This document shows, in pieces, positions 21,101-29,905 of a stretch of DNA of 64,000 nucleotides (positions within the stretch are counted from its first letter, which is position 1; every line of letters starts with the position of its first letter). The notes under the pieces were generated by a model, which was not told the DNA's origin, did not search any database, and worked only from the letters and a program-made list of their open reading frames with translations. Location: contig JANNVX010000088.1 in NCBI GenBank assembly GCA_031414595.1, positions 224,001 to 288,000 on the forward strand, read 5' to 3'. The DNA comes from Deinococcales bacterium (GTDB lineage Bacteria; Deinococcota; Deinococci; Deinococcales; JAAFIG01). The position numbers were made by a program, and so were the translations under genes.

Positions 21101-21415
21101 TGGTACAAAGGCAGTTTTTTACAAGGCATAGATGTTGCCGATGCCGAAATCATCCGCGCTCAGTTATGGCAGAACTTCAGAGATACTGTTATCAAAACCA
21201 GTTGTGAAACCCCCAATGCCAATCTGCTCGAGAAATTACACTACCTCGAGCCTTTGGACATTGGGATTTTAGAGCGCTACCTTGAAGTGATTGCCGATGA
21301 TGCGTTTCGGGTTTCGCAGACCGTAACTCGAGCCAAACAAACATTTGAACGTGAAATCGGTGAAATTCCAGTTGAACTCGGAAAATTAACGGCTGTTGCC
21401 GCGTCCTCGGCTTGA
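18173..21415 (+). CDS. STAND regulator 1: AAA ATPase + TPR + C-terminal wHTH/BTAD domain
   Basis: GAAGLGKS, LLEDAH, EGHPLYTLE, TPR repeats, LRTFGGF..WRASKVRDLLAVLL, YKGSFL, LEPLD. Confidence 0.88.
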   Translation: MTLRGIAADLQVALAVAQANNAQVVLLEGAAGLGKSHAMRDLASAVKSGMVLSCSSDGWLAAALRASFAALQSERDPAFLEAARRLVPELPWARVAQAVVLPDQLTLWNALALAFERLAKRVGGLVWLLEDAHEVSAADLAGIRALYRRALLGAAPMLFVISARPTEIDFLDGFIQDSVLLEEAVLPRRLVLAPLDQTGLEALLQSALHSAAVPETLGTWLMARAEGHPLYTLELLRFLQDGGALQDLGLTWFFDPPKGKGLPKNLEAVLLARVAIAKREIKLWLVLSAICVLNRQASLSEIIQITTLTAIDVLEIATRLEYLGLLREELKSGQTVYAVAHPLFLSLVRAQLESAKLQELHQKIMGVVLSVIEKAHHARAAQHPQASQWSALALEQASAVYDYQQVVTEAQFLLTLTHKKDPKVFLAYLAALRELGQAETILEVTKDDDSAEVALYRVYALDYVGQREAAFESANQGFLQYPEPIRSRIGFHLARMHTNKGQFSQAAEILNSLEPADETDKTLLLIEWQRLYYYQSDLKKQLEILEQAEISARKCPTPRHLMIILSKKGIALTQSANHLQAEALMQEALHLTKEFGSVERLAEMYNDLGVAYLMQGNYPKASQMFRAGLRYAQATKNRMQIAAAYYMASSPEFAMLRLDSGRDFIQKSIELFQEANYPVQAGNARFFQAYLESVQGNTEFVHTFFNSELAKAPEKLYSWHSQAGEMHLNLGEFSQALEFYSQVQTSTYPPDGLAEHHHRLAIVYLGVGQLQIALKQSQLAQEQGASMNNPCLKAEMRLGIAIIYWFLEQSELAQKIGKEALAVLQTNQALGHAVVYERLFPNAVQSFQAPKMNTENTPVHSYLRTFGGFGLESQGQSSPWRASKVRDLLAVLLVAYLSQDGPSISKAQLIDAIWQGESPESSEGKFRVSIKRLRDALGDAATIHNQYGVYELQNLKADVVYFLTALENLDFDAALGWYKGSFLQGIDVADAEIIRAQLWQNFRDTVIKTSCETPNANLLEKLHYLEPLDIGILERYLEVIADDAFRVSQTVTRAKQTFEREIGEIPVELGKLTAVAASSA

Positions 21416-22726
21416 ATCCCGCCGTATGCTCGAGGGGCGCGGGTGTTCGCTGCGCGGTTTGCCAACGCCTTGTTGGGTGGTGGCGGTACTGCGTGGCTGA
21501 GTTGAACCTGCTCGAGCAGGTTGTGGTGAGCGCCTTGGGGCATTGCGGCGCGGGTCGCCTTGGCGGGTATCACCTCGGTCTACGGTCATTTTTTCACCTA
21601 CGGCTTTGTAATTAAAACCATCCACCCATTCACGCGGCAGTTTTTGTCCAATGGCACGTTCTATATCAAATAACTGGCTTTCTTCTTCTTTGCTAAAAAA
21701 AGTCAGGGCTTCGCCAGTGCGTTCGGCACGGGCGGTTCGTCCAACACGGTGAATATAATCTTCGGGGATGGCTGGGACATCAAAGTTAATCACATATTCA
21801 AGGTCTTGAACATCTATGCCACGAGCCGCAATATCGGTGGCAACCAGTACACGGTATTTACCAGACTTAAAGCCTTTAAGTGCTTCGGTGCGTTGCGATT
21901 GACTGCGGTTGCCATGAATCCGTTCGCAATTAACCCCATAACTAGCAAGGTATTTTTGTAAACCATTGGCACGGTGTTTGGTGCGGGTAAATACGATTGC
22001 ACTTTCGATGGGGTTTTGTGCCAGTAACTCGAGCAGTAAGGCTGGCTTGAGGCTTTGTGGCACAGGAAACGAAGATTGGGTGATGCCCGTGGCGGGTTTG
22101 GCTTGGCGTTCGACATTTAGAGTAATCGGGCGGTTCAGTAAATCCTTTGCCAGTTGCCCAATTTGGCTGGGCATGGTTGCCGAAAAAAATAGGGTTTGTT
22201 GCGGTTTAGGGATGTGTTGCAAAATCTTTTTGATGCTCGGTAAAAACCCCATATCGAGCATTCGGTCAGCTTCGTCAAAGACCAACACCTCGAGACTGTT
22301 TAACTTGGCGTAGTTGTACTGAAAGTGATCCATCAAACGCCCCGGGGTGGCAATCAGAATATCTATGCCGCGTTCAAAGGCTTGGACTTGTCCTTTCATC
22401 GGTACACCACCAAAAATAGTGGCACTTTTGACAGGTGCATATTTGCCAAGTTCTTGAATCGCTTCGTTAATCTGCATGGCGAGTTCACGGGTTGGGCAGA
22501 GAATCAAAGCTCTGGTGACACCTCGAGACTTCTTAAATAAACGCTCTAAAATTGGCAACACAAAAGCCGCCGTTTTGCCGCTTCCAGTCATGGCGCAGCC
22601 AAGTATATCGCGTCCCTCGAGAGCATGGGGCAAGGCTTTTTCTTGAATATCGGTCGGAGTTTCGTACCCCGCGTCTTTAATTCCACGAAGTAACGACCCG
22701 TGAAGGGCAAATTTTTCAAATGACAT
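21386..22726 (-). CDS. rhlE: DEAD-box RNA helicase (RhlE-like)
   Basis: TGSGKT, PTRELA, DEAD, SAT, HRVGRTAR, basic tail. Confidence 0.93.
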   Translation of the reverse strand: MSFEKFALHGSLLRGIKDAGYETPTDIQEKALPHALEGRDILGCAMTGSGKTAAFVLPILERLFKKSRGVTRALILCPTRELAMQINEAIQELGKYAPVKSATIFGGVPMKGQVQAFERGIDILIATPGRLMDHFQYNYAKLNSLEVLVFDEADRMLDMGFLPSIKKILQHIPKPQQTLFFSATMPSQIGQLAKDLLNRPITLNVERQAKPATGITQSSFPVPQSLKPALLLELLAQNPIESAIVFTRTKHRANGLQKYLASYGVNCERIHGNRSQSQRTEALKGFKSGKYRVLVATDIAARGIDVQDLEYVINFDVPAIPEDYIHRVGRTARAERTGEALTFFSKEEESQLFDIERAIGQKLPREWVDGFNYKAVGEKMTVDRGDTRQGDPRRNAPRRSPQPARAGSTQPRSTATTQQGVGKPRSEHPRPSSIRRDSSRGRGNSR

Positions 22727-22879
22727 GTTGTGTCCTGTAAACCGTATAACCTCGGTAATTCAGGACGAGAGGCAAGGCTAGAAAGAGGCTATCTCGAGTG
22801 CAAGCAGCCGTCCTGATGAAAAGCTTGCAACAAGTTAGGAGCATACACGTTTAATTGTGAAAGTCATGGGCAAAATAGC

Positions 22880-23479
22880 CTAACGTGAAGTCATATGCAC
22901 TAAAATTCCTAGTATCGCCTCGAGTTCGGTCAAGCTGTATTCACGAATATCCAAGGTGATTTGTGTTCCCTCGAGTTGCAAAAACCGCCAATCTGTGCCA
23001 CTGGTGACTGCCCCAAAAATCAATTCTCGAGACTGATTGCGCTCTATATTAAAACGTTGGGCTGCCACCATTTCGGCAATACACTGGGCAATCCCACCCG
23101 ATAAATCCTCGCGCTTGGCTTCGACCAGCATTACGACAGGAGCTTGAACTTGAATTAAAAGTGGGTCTTGGCTGATTAAAAAGTCACAAAAACCATGCAA
23201 TCCAAGTTTTTTATCAACATTGAAGGCTACGCCAGAAAACACGGCTATGCGTTGCTCGAGAATTTCACGCACTTCGACTAGAATTGGGGCAATAATATGT
23301 TCAGAACGGGCTTTTTCTGTGCCTTTGCCAACCACCAGTGGCAAATTGCGTTTTAGAACGGCGCTCAGTAAATCACTAGCTTTATGGGGTTCTACATGTG
23401 CAAATAAATCTTTATGCTGCACAACAGAAAGTGCAAATCTTTGCACCAATAAATCCAAGGTAAAACCTTCGTATCCCAT
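22880..23479 (-). CDS. PD-(D/E)XK-like hypothetical protein, paralog of 53787-54383
   Basis: TEKARSE.IIAPIL, G.CDFL, VEAK, QCIAEMVAAQ, GAVTSG.W.FL. Confidence 0.8.
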   Translation of the reverse strand: MGYEGFTLDLLVQRFALSVVQHKDLFAHVEPHKASDLLSAVLKRNLPLVVGKGTEKARSEHIIAPILVEVREILEQRIAVFSGVAFNVDKKLGLHGFCDFLISQDPLLIQVQAPVVMLVEAKREDLSGGIAQCIAEMVAAQRFNIERNQSRELIFGAVTSGTDWRFLQLEGTQITLDIREYSLTELEAILGILVHMTSR

Positions 23480-23527
23480 GCTTGGTAGACTAGCACTAAA
23501 TTCTAAGCACTTGACATGAACCACAGT

Positions 23528-25447
23528 TCACAGGTATTTCTCGAGCCAATTTAGGTACTCGTTTAGCCTAAAAACCCGTCTGTCTGGTCTGCCACTTCTC
23601 GAGAGTTCATGATTTTCGCCTGGGAATCGCACAAATTTTGTTGTTACATTCAGGTTTTTCAGTGCCACAAACCACTGCTCGGCTTGTTCAATGGGGCAAC
23701 GGTGGTCTTCTTCGCTGTGAATAATCAAACAAGGTGTTTTGACATTTTTAACATGCTTGAGCGGCGATTTTTCCCAGAGCCGTTCAAAGTCGTTGGGGAC
23801 AGTGCCGTGTAATTCTCGAGGTACAAAACGGTAGCCAATGTCAGATGTGCCATGAAACGAAATCCAGTTGCAAATACTGCGGTCTGTAACGGCGGCTTTG
23901 AAACGGTTGGTGTGGCTAATTGCCCAATTGACCATCAGTCCGCCGTAACTTCCACCGACAATCGCAATGCGTTTGGGGTCAAGGTAGCTGTGTTGCGCCA
24001 AACATCTGTCTAAGAACGCCATCAGGTCGTCAAAATCGCCATTTAAGTAATCGCCGTTTATCCCAGCCGTTTGCGCGTCGCCGTAGCCCGTGCTGCCGCG
24101 TATATTGCAAAAGGCGACCGCGTAGCCAGCCGCAGCAAGGGTTTGGAATTCGTTCATATAGGTGTAACCCCATGCGGTGGCGGGTCCACCATGAACATTT
24201 AAGACCAAGGGGTATTTCTTGCCGCGTTTTTGCTCGAGTGGATGCAGCACCCAACCTTCGATGGTAAACCCGTGGCGTTCAAAACTAATTCGCTCTAAAT
24301 CTCTGGCATTGGCGCTCGAGTTAAAACTAGATAATTGCTTACCAACAAAATGCAGTTCGCAAGGATGGGCGTGATGCTCGAGTAAATAAGCAATTCTGCC
24401 GTCGGCTGAAACCGCAAAAGCGGGAACACTCGAGAGCTGCGGTTCAATTCTGGGCTTGATATTGCCTTCTAAAGTAAATTCATAGACCCCTGCACTGCCA
24501 CCTTTTTGAGCAAGGGCAAGAATGGTCGTATCGTCTAACCAAACGGGTGCAAGTGAATATGTGCCGATGTGTGAATCAGAATTGACCGTTTGACCAATCC
24601 ACAGGTCATGGTCTGGGGCAACCCGCTCGAGTTTAGCGCCTTGCTCGAGTTTAGCGTTGTACAAATGAATATCGCCTGTTTGGTTGGCAAAGTCTGGGTC
24701 GGCGAGAACCGCAAATCGTAGACCATTAGGTGAGACCGCAACTTGCCCAATATAGCCCTTAAAATCAGTCAGGCGACGCGGTTTTTTCTTGCCTAAAATC
24801 AGCATAAAGACTTCGGATTGCCAGTTTTCACCAGCCTCGGCATTGCGGGCTGCCACAAATACCAAACCCCAACCATCGGGCATCCAATCAAAGCTGTCTA
24901 TATTGGTTAAGTGGCTCGAGACCGCTTCGGATTTTTCGGTTTCAAGGGTCAGAATATGCAGCGCCAAGGGTTCGGTGGGTACAAAGCCAACCCCACCAAT
25001 ACCATTTGATTTGTACTGTACTTGTTCGATGACTTTTGGCTGTCCGTCGGCTAGAACTTCATCTGTCCAGTCGCCACGAGATAAAAAAGCCACTCGAGTG
25101 CCATCATTGGAAAATTTTGGACTCGAGACCCCAGATTTAAGGTTGGTTAATTGCCGTGGCTCACCGCCCGTCATTGAAATCATAAACAATTGTGGTTTGC
25201 CGTCCACCACTCGAGTAAAAACCATTTGTGTGCTGTCTGGTGAGAATTTTGGCGAGCCGTCTTTGTGTTTACCCGAAGTAAAACGTTGCACCTCGGCATC
25301 ATCGGTCGAGACATAAATTCCAGAAGTGTATGATTTTTTATCCTCGAAAACTTCAGAAACTACGCAAGCCACGTATTTTCCGTCTTTTGAGACGGCGACA
25401 TCAGAAGCAAATTTTAGGTTATAAAGCTGTTCAGCCAGTTGGGTCAT
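23528..25447 (-). CDS. S9 family peptidase (acylaminoacyl/dipeptidyl peptidase)
   Basis: TolB-like propeller, VHGGP, GGSYGG, EDHRC, GENHEL. Confidence 0.93.
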   Translation of the reverse strand: MTQLAEQLYNLKFASDVAVSKDGKYVACVVSEVFEDKKSYTSGIYVSTDDAEVQRFTSGKHKDGSPKFSPDSTQMVFTRVVDGKPQLFMISMTGGEPRQLTNLKSGVSSPKFSNDGTRVAFLSRGDWTDEVLADGQPKVIEQVQYKSNGIGGVGFVPTEPLALHILTLETEKSEAVSSHLTNIDSFDWMPDGWGLVFVAARNAEAGENWQSEVFMLILGKKKPRRLTDFKGYIGQVAVSPNGLRFAVLADPDFANQTGDIHLYNAKLEQGAKLERVAPDHDLWIGQTVNSDSHIGTYSLAPVWLDDTTILALAQKGGSAGVYEFTLEGNIKPRIEPQLSSVPAFAVSADGRIAYLLEHHAHPCELHFVGKQLSSFNSSANARDLERISFERHGFTIEGWVLHPLEQKRGKKYPLVLNVHGGPATAWGYTYMNEFQTLAAAGYAVAFCNIRGSTGYGDAQTAGINGDYLNGDFDDLMAFLDRCLAQHSYLDPKRIAIVGGSYGGLMVNWAISHTNRFKAAVTDRSICNWISFHGTSDIGYRFVPRELHGTVPNDFERLWEKSPLKHVKNVKTPCLIIHSEEDHRCPIEQAEQWFVALKNLNVTTKFVRFPGENHELSRSGRPDRRVFRLNEYLNWLEKYL

Positions 25448-25504
25448 GCCAATTAGCATACCGCGTCCGACGGGTTTGGACATACCGCGTGTTAGCCTAA
25501 ACAA

Positions 25505-25852
25505 GTGCAACCAGACCCAATTTCACAGACTTGGTTTATTATTTCTAATCGCGTCTTGCCCGATGAACGCATCACAATTGCCTCTGGACAAGAAAAATAT
25601 GCCTTGGTGTTTACCCAAAAAGCCACTGCCAAAGAATTTATGCGCGACCTGCAAGACCCAAACTTAGAACTCGAGGGCTTAGAAACTTGGGTCTTAAAAG
25701 AAACTTACTTAACCACCCTCACTTTGCTTTCGGTTTCTCGAGTGATGTTTGATTATGTGCAAGGGCAACACAACGCCCTTTCTGCCCCGCTCGAGTTACT
25801 GAGGATTCATTGTCAAGCCCAGATTGGGGTCGTGCCTCGAGCCGAAGCCTGA
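25505..25852 (+). CDS. hypothetical protein
   Basis: 115-aa ORF; TAGCCT 6 nt before GTG. Confidence 0.7.
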   Translation: MQPDPISQTWFIISNRVLPDERITIASGQEKYALVFTQKATAKEFMRDLQDPNLELEGLETWVLKETYLTTLTLLSVSRVMFDYVQGQHNALSAPLELLRIHCQAQIGVVPRAEA

Positions 25853-25866
25853 GTGTAGCTGCTTTC

Positions 25867-25896
25867 CTCATAGCTCAAGACTCAAAGCTCATAGCC
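25867..25896. repeat. degenerate (GCTATGA)-family heptamer repeat
   Basis: ctcatagctcaagactcaaagctcatagcc. Confidence 0.65.
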
Positions 25897-25919
25897 AAGA
25901 GGTTCGTTGCCTCGAGCCG

Positions 25920-26408
25920 TTAGCGCGTAAACACATAATCATTTTCGGCAGTTTTAGCATGGCATTGGTTGCACTTGGCAATTGCGCCTCGGGTTTGCGC
26001 TCCTGCGTTGTCTAGCTCTATTTTGCCCGTAGCCACATCCAGCACAAACCATTCCCAACCACCAAATTCTTTGTTAAACCCAGCACCGCGTTTAACCATG
26101 CCAGTAGCACCTAGGGGCTTGTTGCTTTTATCGCTGTATTGTTTAACCAGAATTGTACCAACTGGAAATTTGCCATTGTCGGTTCGGTCAGCGTTATTTT
26201 TAATATAAATTGTCCGAGAAGCATTAGGATTTTCTGCCAAATGTGCATCTTTGATGTTCTCAGAAGTTCCACTGACTTTATCCACAAAAGTCCATTTGCT
26301 AAAGCTGGCAAAATCATCGTTGCCAGCGATAAATTCCGAACCATTTTTTGGCATACATGCAACCGTTAATACACTGACCAGCAACAACAAGAACTGCGTG
26401 CTTTTCAT
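25920..26408 (-). CDS. cytochrome P460 family lipoprotein
   Basis: Lipobox TVAC; FPVGTILVK, MVKR..GGWEWF, CNQCH, DYVF; RBS GGAGG. Confidence 0.85.
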   Translation of the reverse strand: MKSTQFLLLLVSVLTVACMPKNGSEFIAGNDDFASFSKWTFVDKVSGTSENIKDAHLAENPNASRTIYIKNNADRTDNGKFPVGTILVKQYSDKSNKPLGATGMVKRGAGFNKEFGGWEWFVLDVATGKIELDNAGAQTRGAIAKCNQCHAKTAENDYVFTR

Positions 26409-26457
26409 AAAAAACCTCCGCCTTAAGCGTAAGGTACGAAAAGCCTCAGAGAAAAGT

Positions 26458-27165
26458 TCAGAACTTGACTTCACCAACCCCCAAAACTTCACTTGGGGTT
26501 GTAGACCCACCGATTGGCTCGAGTGAAATAGCGATCACCGCCGCATTATTTGGCACTTGGGTATCGAGGTTGGTCTGTAGCGTCTCGAGGGGCTGGGGTT
26601 TTTGCCCCCCTTTGGTGATAAACCAAGCCTGATAGGTTTTGCCAGTCACAGGTTCGGGTAATTTAAGCGCAATCACCAATTTGCCATCTGGGGTTAAATA
26701 AGCCTGTCCGATAGGGACGTTCCCACTCGAGGCTAATTTGACCAGTTTACTTTCGGACAAAACGCTGACTCGAGCCTTGGCTTGTTGTTGCAGCGATACA
26801 ATTTGACCCTCGAGTTGGTTGCTGCGCCAAGCAAAAAACAGTCCAAAAGCCAGTGCTGCAATTGGAAATGCTCGGGCAAAAAATGATCCAAAGGTTCTAG
26901 GATTTCTCTGGCGTTGTGAAAATCGGCGTGGAGCAGCGCGATTTTTAAGACGAATCTGGGATAAAATTTTTGCTTCGAGCATCGGCGAAGGCGAAGTTTG
27001 CTCGACCGATTGCCCGACCGCAGCCAAAATACCTTGCCATTTTGCCAATTCTAAAGCCAATTCTTGCGATTGTGCCACGGCTGTTGCAACAAGGGTAGCT
27101 TCATTGGGTTCAAGTGTACCAAGTGCAAATTGAATCAGTGTATCGGTGTCGGGAGGAGTTTCCAT
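26458..27165 (-). CDS. rskA: anti-sigma factor, RskA family
   Basis: FALGTLEP.E, one TM helix, LPEP..GKTYQAW, AISLEP.GGS.TP. Confidence 0.85.
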   Translation of the reverse strand: METPPDTDTLIQFALGTLEPNEATLVATAVAQSQELALELAKWQGILAAVGQSVEQTSPSPMLEAKILSQIRLKNRAAPRRFSQRQRNPRTFGSFFARAFPIAALAFGLFFAWRSNQLEGQIVSLQQQAKARVSVLSESKLVKLASSGNVPIGQAYLTPDGKLVIALKLPEPVTGKTYQAWFITKGGQKPQPLETLQTNLDTQVPNNAAVIAISLEPIGGSTTPSEVLGVGEVKF

Positions 27166-27174
27166 ACTTTGATA

Positions 27175-27230
27175 TACGCACAAGCTACCATGATTAGATG
27201 AAGACATCCAAATAGACACCTTGTAACGTA
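27175..27230. promoter_or_regulatory. back-to-back ECF promoters CATC(C/T)-N17-CGTA
   Basis: + strand CATCC 27205 / CGTA 27227; - strand CATCT 27200-27196 / CGTA 27178-27175. Confidence 0.7.
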
Positions 27231-27236
27231 TTCCTA

Positions 27237-27791
27237 GTGATGTTCGCTGATTTGAAAAATCAACCTACCACAGATGAATTCTTGTTGTATGGAATTGCAT
27301 CTGCGAATGAAGGTAGTTTTCTCGAGTTGTATCAGCGCTATAACCGCAGTGTTTACAGCCTTGCTAAACGAATCCTCAGAACCAACTCCGATGCCGAAGA
27401 AGTGACCCAAGATGTCTTTGTCAAAATTTGGGATAAAGCCCTCGAGTACGCTCCACACAAGGGTAAGGTCAGCACTTGGATTTTAACCATCGCCCATCAC
27501 AGCGCCATAGATGCGCTGCGTAAACGCAATTCTCGAGCCAGCTTGCCGATGTTTGAAGAAGAACTCGAACGAATCCCGCAAACCACCCAAACCGATTTAC
27601 TCGAGCAGAACATGATTCAAAACGCCCTTGCAAAACTCGAGCCACAAGAACAAATGTGCATTGAATTGGCGTACTTTGAAGGGTTAAGCCATGCACAACT
27701 GGCTAAGCACACCGAATTACCACTTGGCACAATCAAAACCCGTATTCGGCAGGGCTTGGCGAAATTAAAAACTGCACTAGGCGATTGGTGA
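27237..27791 (+). CDS. ECF sigma factor (SigK-like)
   Basis: DAEEVTQDVF..IW, IAHHSAID, LAYFEGLSH, PLGTIKTRIR. Confidence 0.92.
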   Translation: MMFADLKNQPTTDEFLLYGIASANEGSFLELYQRYNRSVYSLAKRILRTNSDAEEVTQDVFVKIWDKALEYAPHKGKVSTWILTIAHHSAIDALRKRNSRASLPMFEEELERIPQTTQTDLLEQNMIQNALAKLEPQEQMCIELAYFEGLSHAQLAKHTELPLGTIKTRIRQGLAKLKTALGDW

Positions 27792-27829
27792 TGAGAAACC
27801 ACTCATCTAGGGTTTTATAAGCTCAGACC

Positions 27830-28306
27830 ATGCTCAGTGAGGAAGAAAAAAATCAAATTCGACTCGAGGAGAAAACGCAATCTCGAGAACGACTTTCACT
27901 CGAGCAGCAAAGGCAAAAAGCGTTAGCGACTGAACATTACCGCCAAGAAGTTCGTGGGAAATTGCATCGTGACTCAAGAAACTATTGGCTTTTGCTTATT
28001 CCCATTTTATTGGTTGCTGTTGCTTTTATTTTTCAATCCATGTTTTTACCAGTAAAACCTATCCAGCCTGAAGACACGACAGGAGGAATTGCCGATTCCG
28101 AATTTATCAAGCGGTGTGAATCTGAAGTTATTGGACAAATGGGAGGTGAATTAGAAATTTCACAGGAGTATCAAGTTTTTTCAAATGTTGAAGGTAAGCA
28201 ATTGAACGGCTGGGTTGCACCAATAGGTAATGAAGGTAAACCTTTTGAGTTTAGTTGCTCTTACACAGCAATTTCGGACAGCTTAAAAGTCGAAATCATC
28301 AGGTAA
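27830..28306 (+). CDS. hypothetical single-pass membrane protein
   Basis: Coiled N-terminus, one TM helix; TAAGCT 6 nt before ATG. Confidence 0.7.
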   Translation: MLSEEEKNQIRLEEKTQSRERLSLEQQRQKALATEHYRQEVRGKLHRDSRNYWLLLIPILLVAVAFIFQSMFLPVKPIQPEDTTGGIADSEFIKRCESEVIGQMGGELEISQEYQVFSNVEGKQLNGWVAPIGNEGKPFEFSCSYTAISDSLKVEIIR

Positions 28307-28314
28307 GGAGTTTT

Positions 28315-28842
28315 ATGAAACGAATCAGATTTATGATGATTGGACTTCTTGGCATCGCCACTGCCCAAACCAGCACAATCACCGTGCCTCGAGAAAAAAT
28401 TAGTTTGGTCTGCACCGATGGCTATTTCAAAATCGAACGTATTAACTTTGTGCTGCAAGACGAAACATATCCAACTTGCAAATTGATCATGCCGCTTGCG
28501 CTGCGTGAGCGCTGGGCTGGAAAACGCAATTTTTATGTTGTCCCAAGGGTTAGCGCTAATCTTTTTGCTCGAGACGACAAAGGCAAAGGGCAGTGGTTGC
28601 CGCTTTCGCCACTGGTCAATTCAGGCGAAGATGCTTTTCACAAAGCCATTCCCAGCAAAGGGTATAAGTCCGTAGAGTTAATCGGTCAATTTGGCAAATT
28701 AAGCGAACGGGCTGGCAAGTTAAAACCAGACACCGTTGGCGCTGGCGGTAAGGTCACGGTTTGTGTTTCCCCAGTTTATAGTGGTGAACAGCCGTGTGTG
28801 ACTTTTGATATTACTGCGCGATTTCGGATTTACTCGAGGTAA
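28315..28842 (+). CDS. secreted hypothetical protein
   Basis: RBS AAGGAG, signal peptide, four Cys. Confidence 0.7.
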   Translation: MKRIRFMMIGLLGIATAQTSTITVPREKISLVCTDGYFKIERINFVLQDETYPTCKLIMPLALRERWAGKRNFYVVPRVSANLFARDDKGKGQWLPLSPLVNSGEDAFHKAIPSKGYKSVELIGQFGKLSERAGKLKPDTVGAGGKVTVCVSPVYSGEQPCVTFDITARFRIYSR

Positions 28843-29854
28843 AATTGAGCCTAGGATTGATTTTTTTGGCAACCCAAAGCCCAAGCCAGACCAAACCAGT
28901 TAAAACAAAGACCAGTATGTAATCAATGGCGGGAATACGGATAATTTCGTTCAGTTTGCCCCAACCTCGACCTGAGTAAACATATAAAGCCACAGCACAG
29001 TAAATTCCTAGGATTGTAAAACGAGACCACTGCGGAATTTTGAGTCCGTACAGTTGTGTGACCACCAAAATTCCCGCGAAGCCAAAAGCAAACATTGGCC
29101 AGATATTATTACCTTGTCCAACCGCCACCAATGTGCCATGCAGCAAGACACTAAACTCGAGTGAGAATGTCCACCAACGGTTGACATGTGAGCGTGTGAA
29201 GAACAAACTGCCTTGTAGAATCAATAAGAAGGTGTATATAAAACCAATCAAATGCCCGGGGGTGCTGACCATTGGGTGATACCAAAAAGTGTAAATGGTT
29301 GCCCAAGCAAAAAAATACCCATGGTACTTTTTAATAAAATTAACCACTTCGGTACTTAAAGGTGCGGGTTTACCAAAAAACATCCCTCGGCGTTTGTTTT
29401 CCATAATCAGAACCATCACCAGCAGCACAATCACACTGCCTTGGCTCGAGAAGATACTGACATCTTGGGCAAGACCATCATAAAACAGATGGGTTTGCAC
29501 CAAATGCAGGGTAATAAATAGCGCATTTAAGCCCAGTGCGATGATATTTATTTTGTTCAGCCCGTTGGTGTACTTACCAACCTTGGTTTGAGCGTACCAA
29601 ATTGTCCACCAAATGGCGATTTGATGCAGCACATACAGCACCCAAACGGAAGCCCGAGTCCAAAAAGTCGGTTCGGGCAGTTTCCAATAATAATGAGCCA
29701 CACCCGTATCTGGCGCAAGTCGAATGTTGTTTAAGCGGTCTCCAAGAAACCAGATTAAAGCCGTGAACAGAAAACTAAAAGCAATTCCACCCCATAAAAC
29801 GGAACTACTCGAGAGTGGTTTTTGCTCAGAAACTTTGGGAATTGTGCTTTGCAT
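28811..29854 (-). CDS. multi-pass membrane protein of unknown function
   Basis: About 10 hydrophobic segments with several His/Trp residues. Confidence 0.8.
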   Translation of the reverse strand: MQSTIPKVSEQKPLSSSSVLWGGIAFSFLFTALIWFLGDRLNNIRLAPDTGVAHYYWKLPEPTFWTRASVWVLYVLHQIAIWWTIWYAQTKVGKYTNGLNKINIIALGLNALFITLHLVQTHLFYDGLAQDVSIFSSQGSVIVLLVMVLIMENKRRGMFFGKPAPLSTEVVNFIKKYHGYFFAWATIYTFWYHPMVSTPGHLIGFIYTFLLILQGSLFFTRSHVNRWWTFSLEFSVLLHGTLVAVGQGNNIWPMFAFGFAGILVVTQLYGLKIPQWSRFTILGIYCAVALYVYSGRGWGKLNEIIRIPAIDYILVFVLTGLVWLGLWVAKKINPRLNFTSSKSEIAQ

Positions 29855-29905
29855 GGACTACATCCTGCGCTATACAGAACAAAATCAACTGGTCTTAGCT
29901 CACAA

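Noticed and set aside
18173-21415. Avs-type antiphage STAND system (also regulators 2 and 3)
   Set aside because: The effector domains are wHTH/BTAD transcription activators, not nucleases, SIR2 or proteases
25457-25490. cataccgcgt direct repeat in a divergent promoter
   Set aside because: Only two 10-bp copies, not seen elsewhere; too little support for a call
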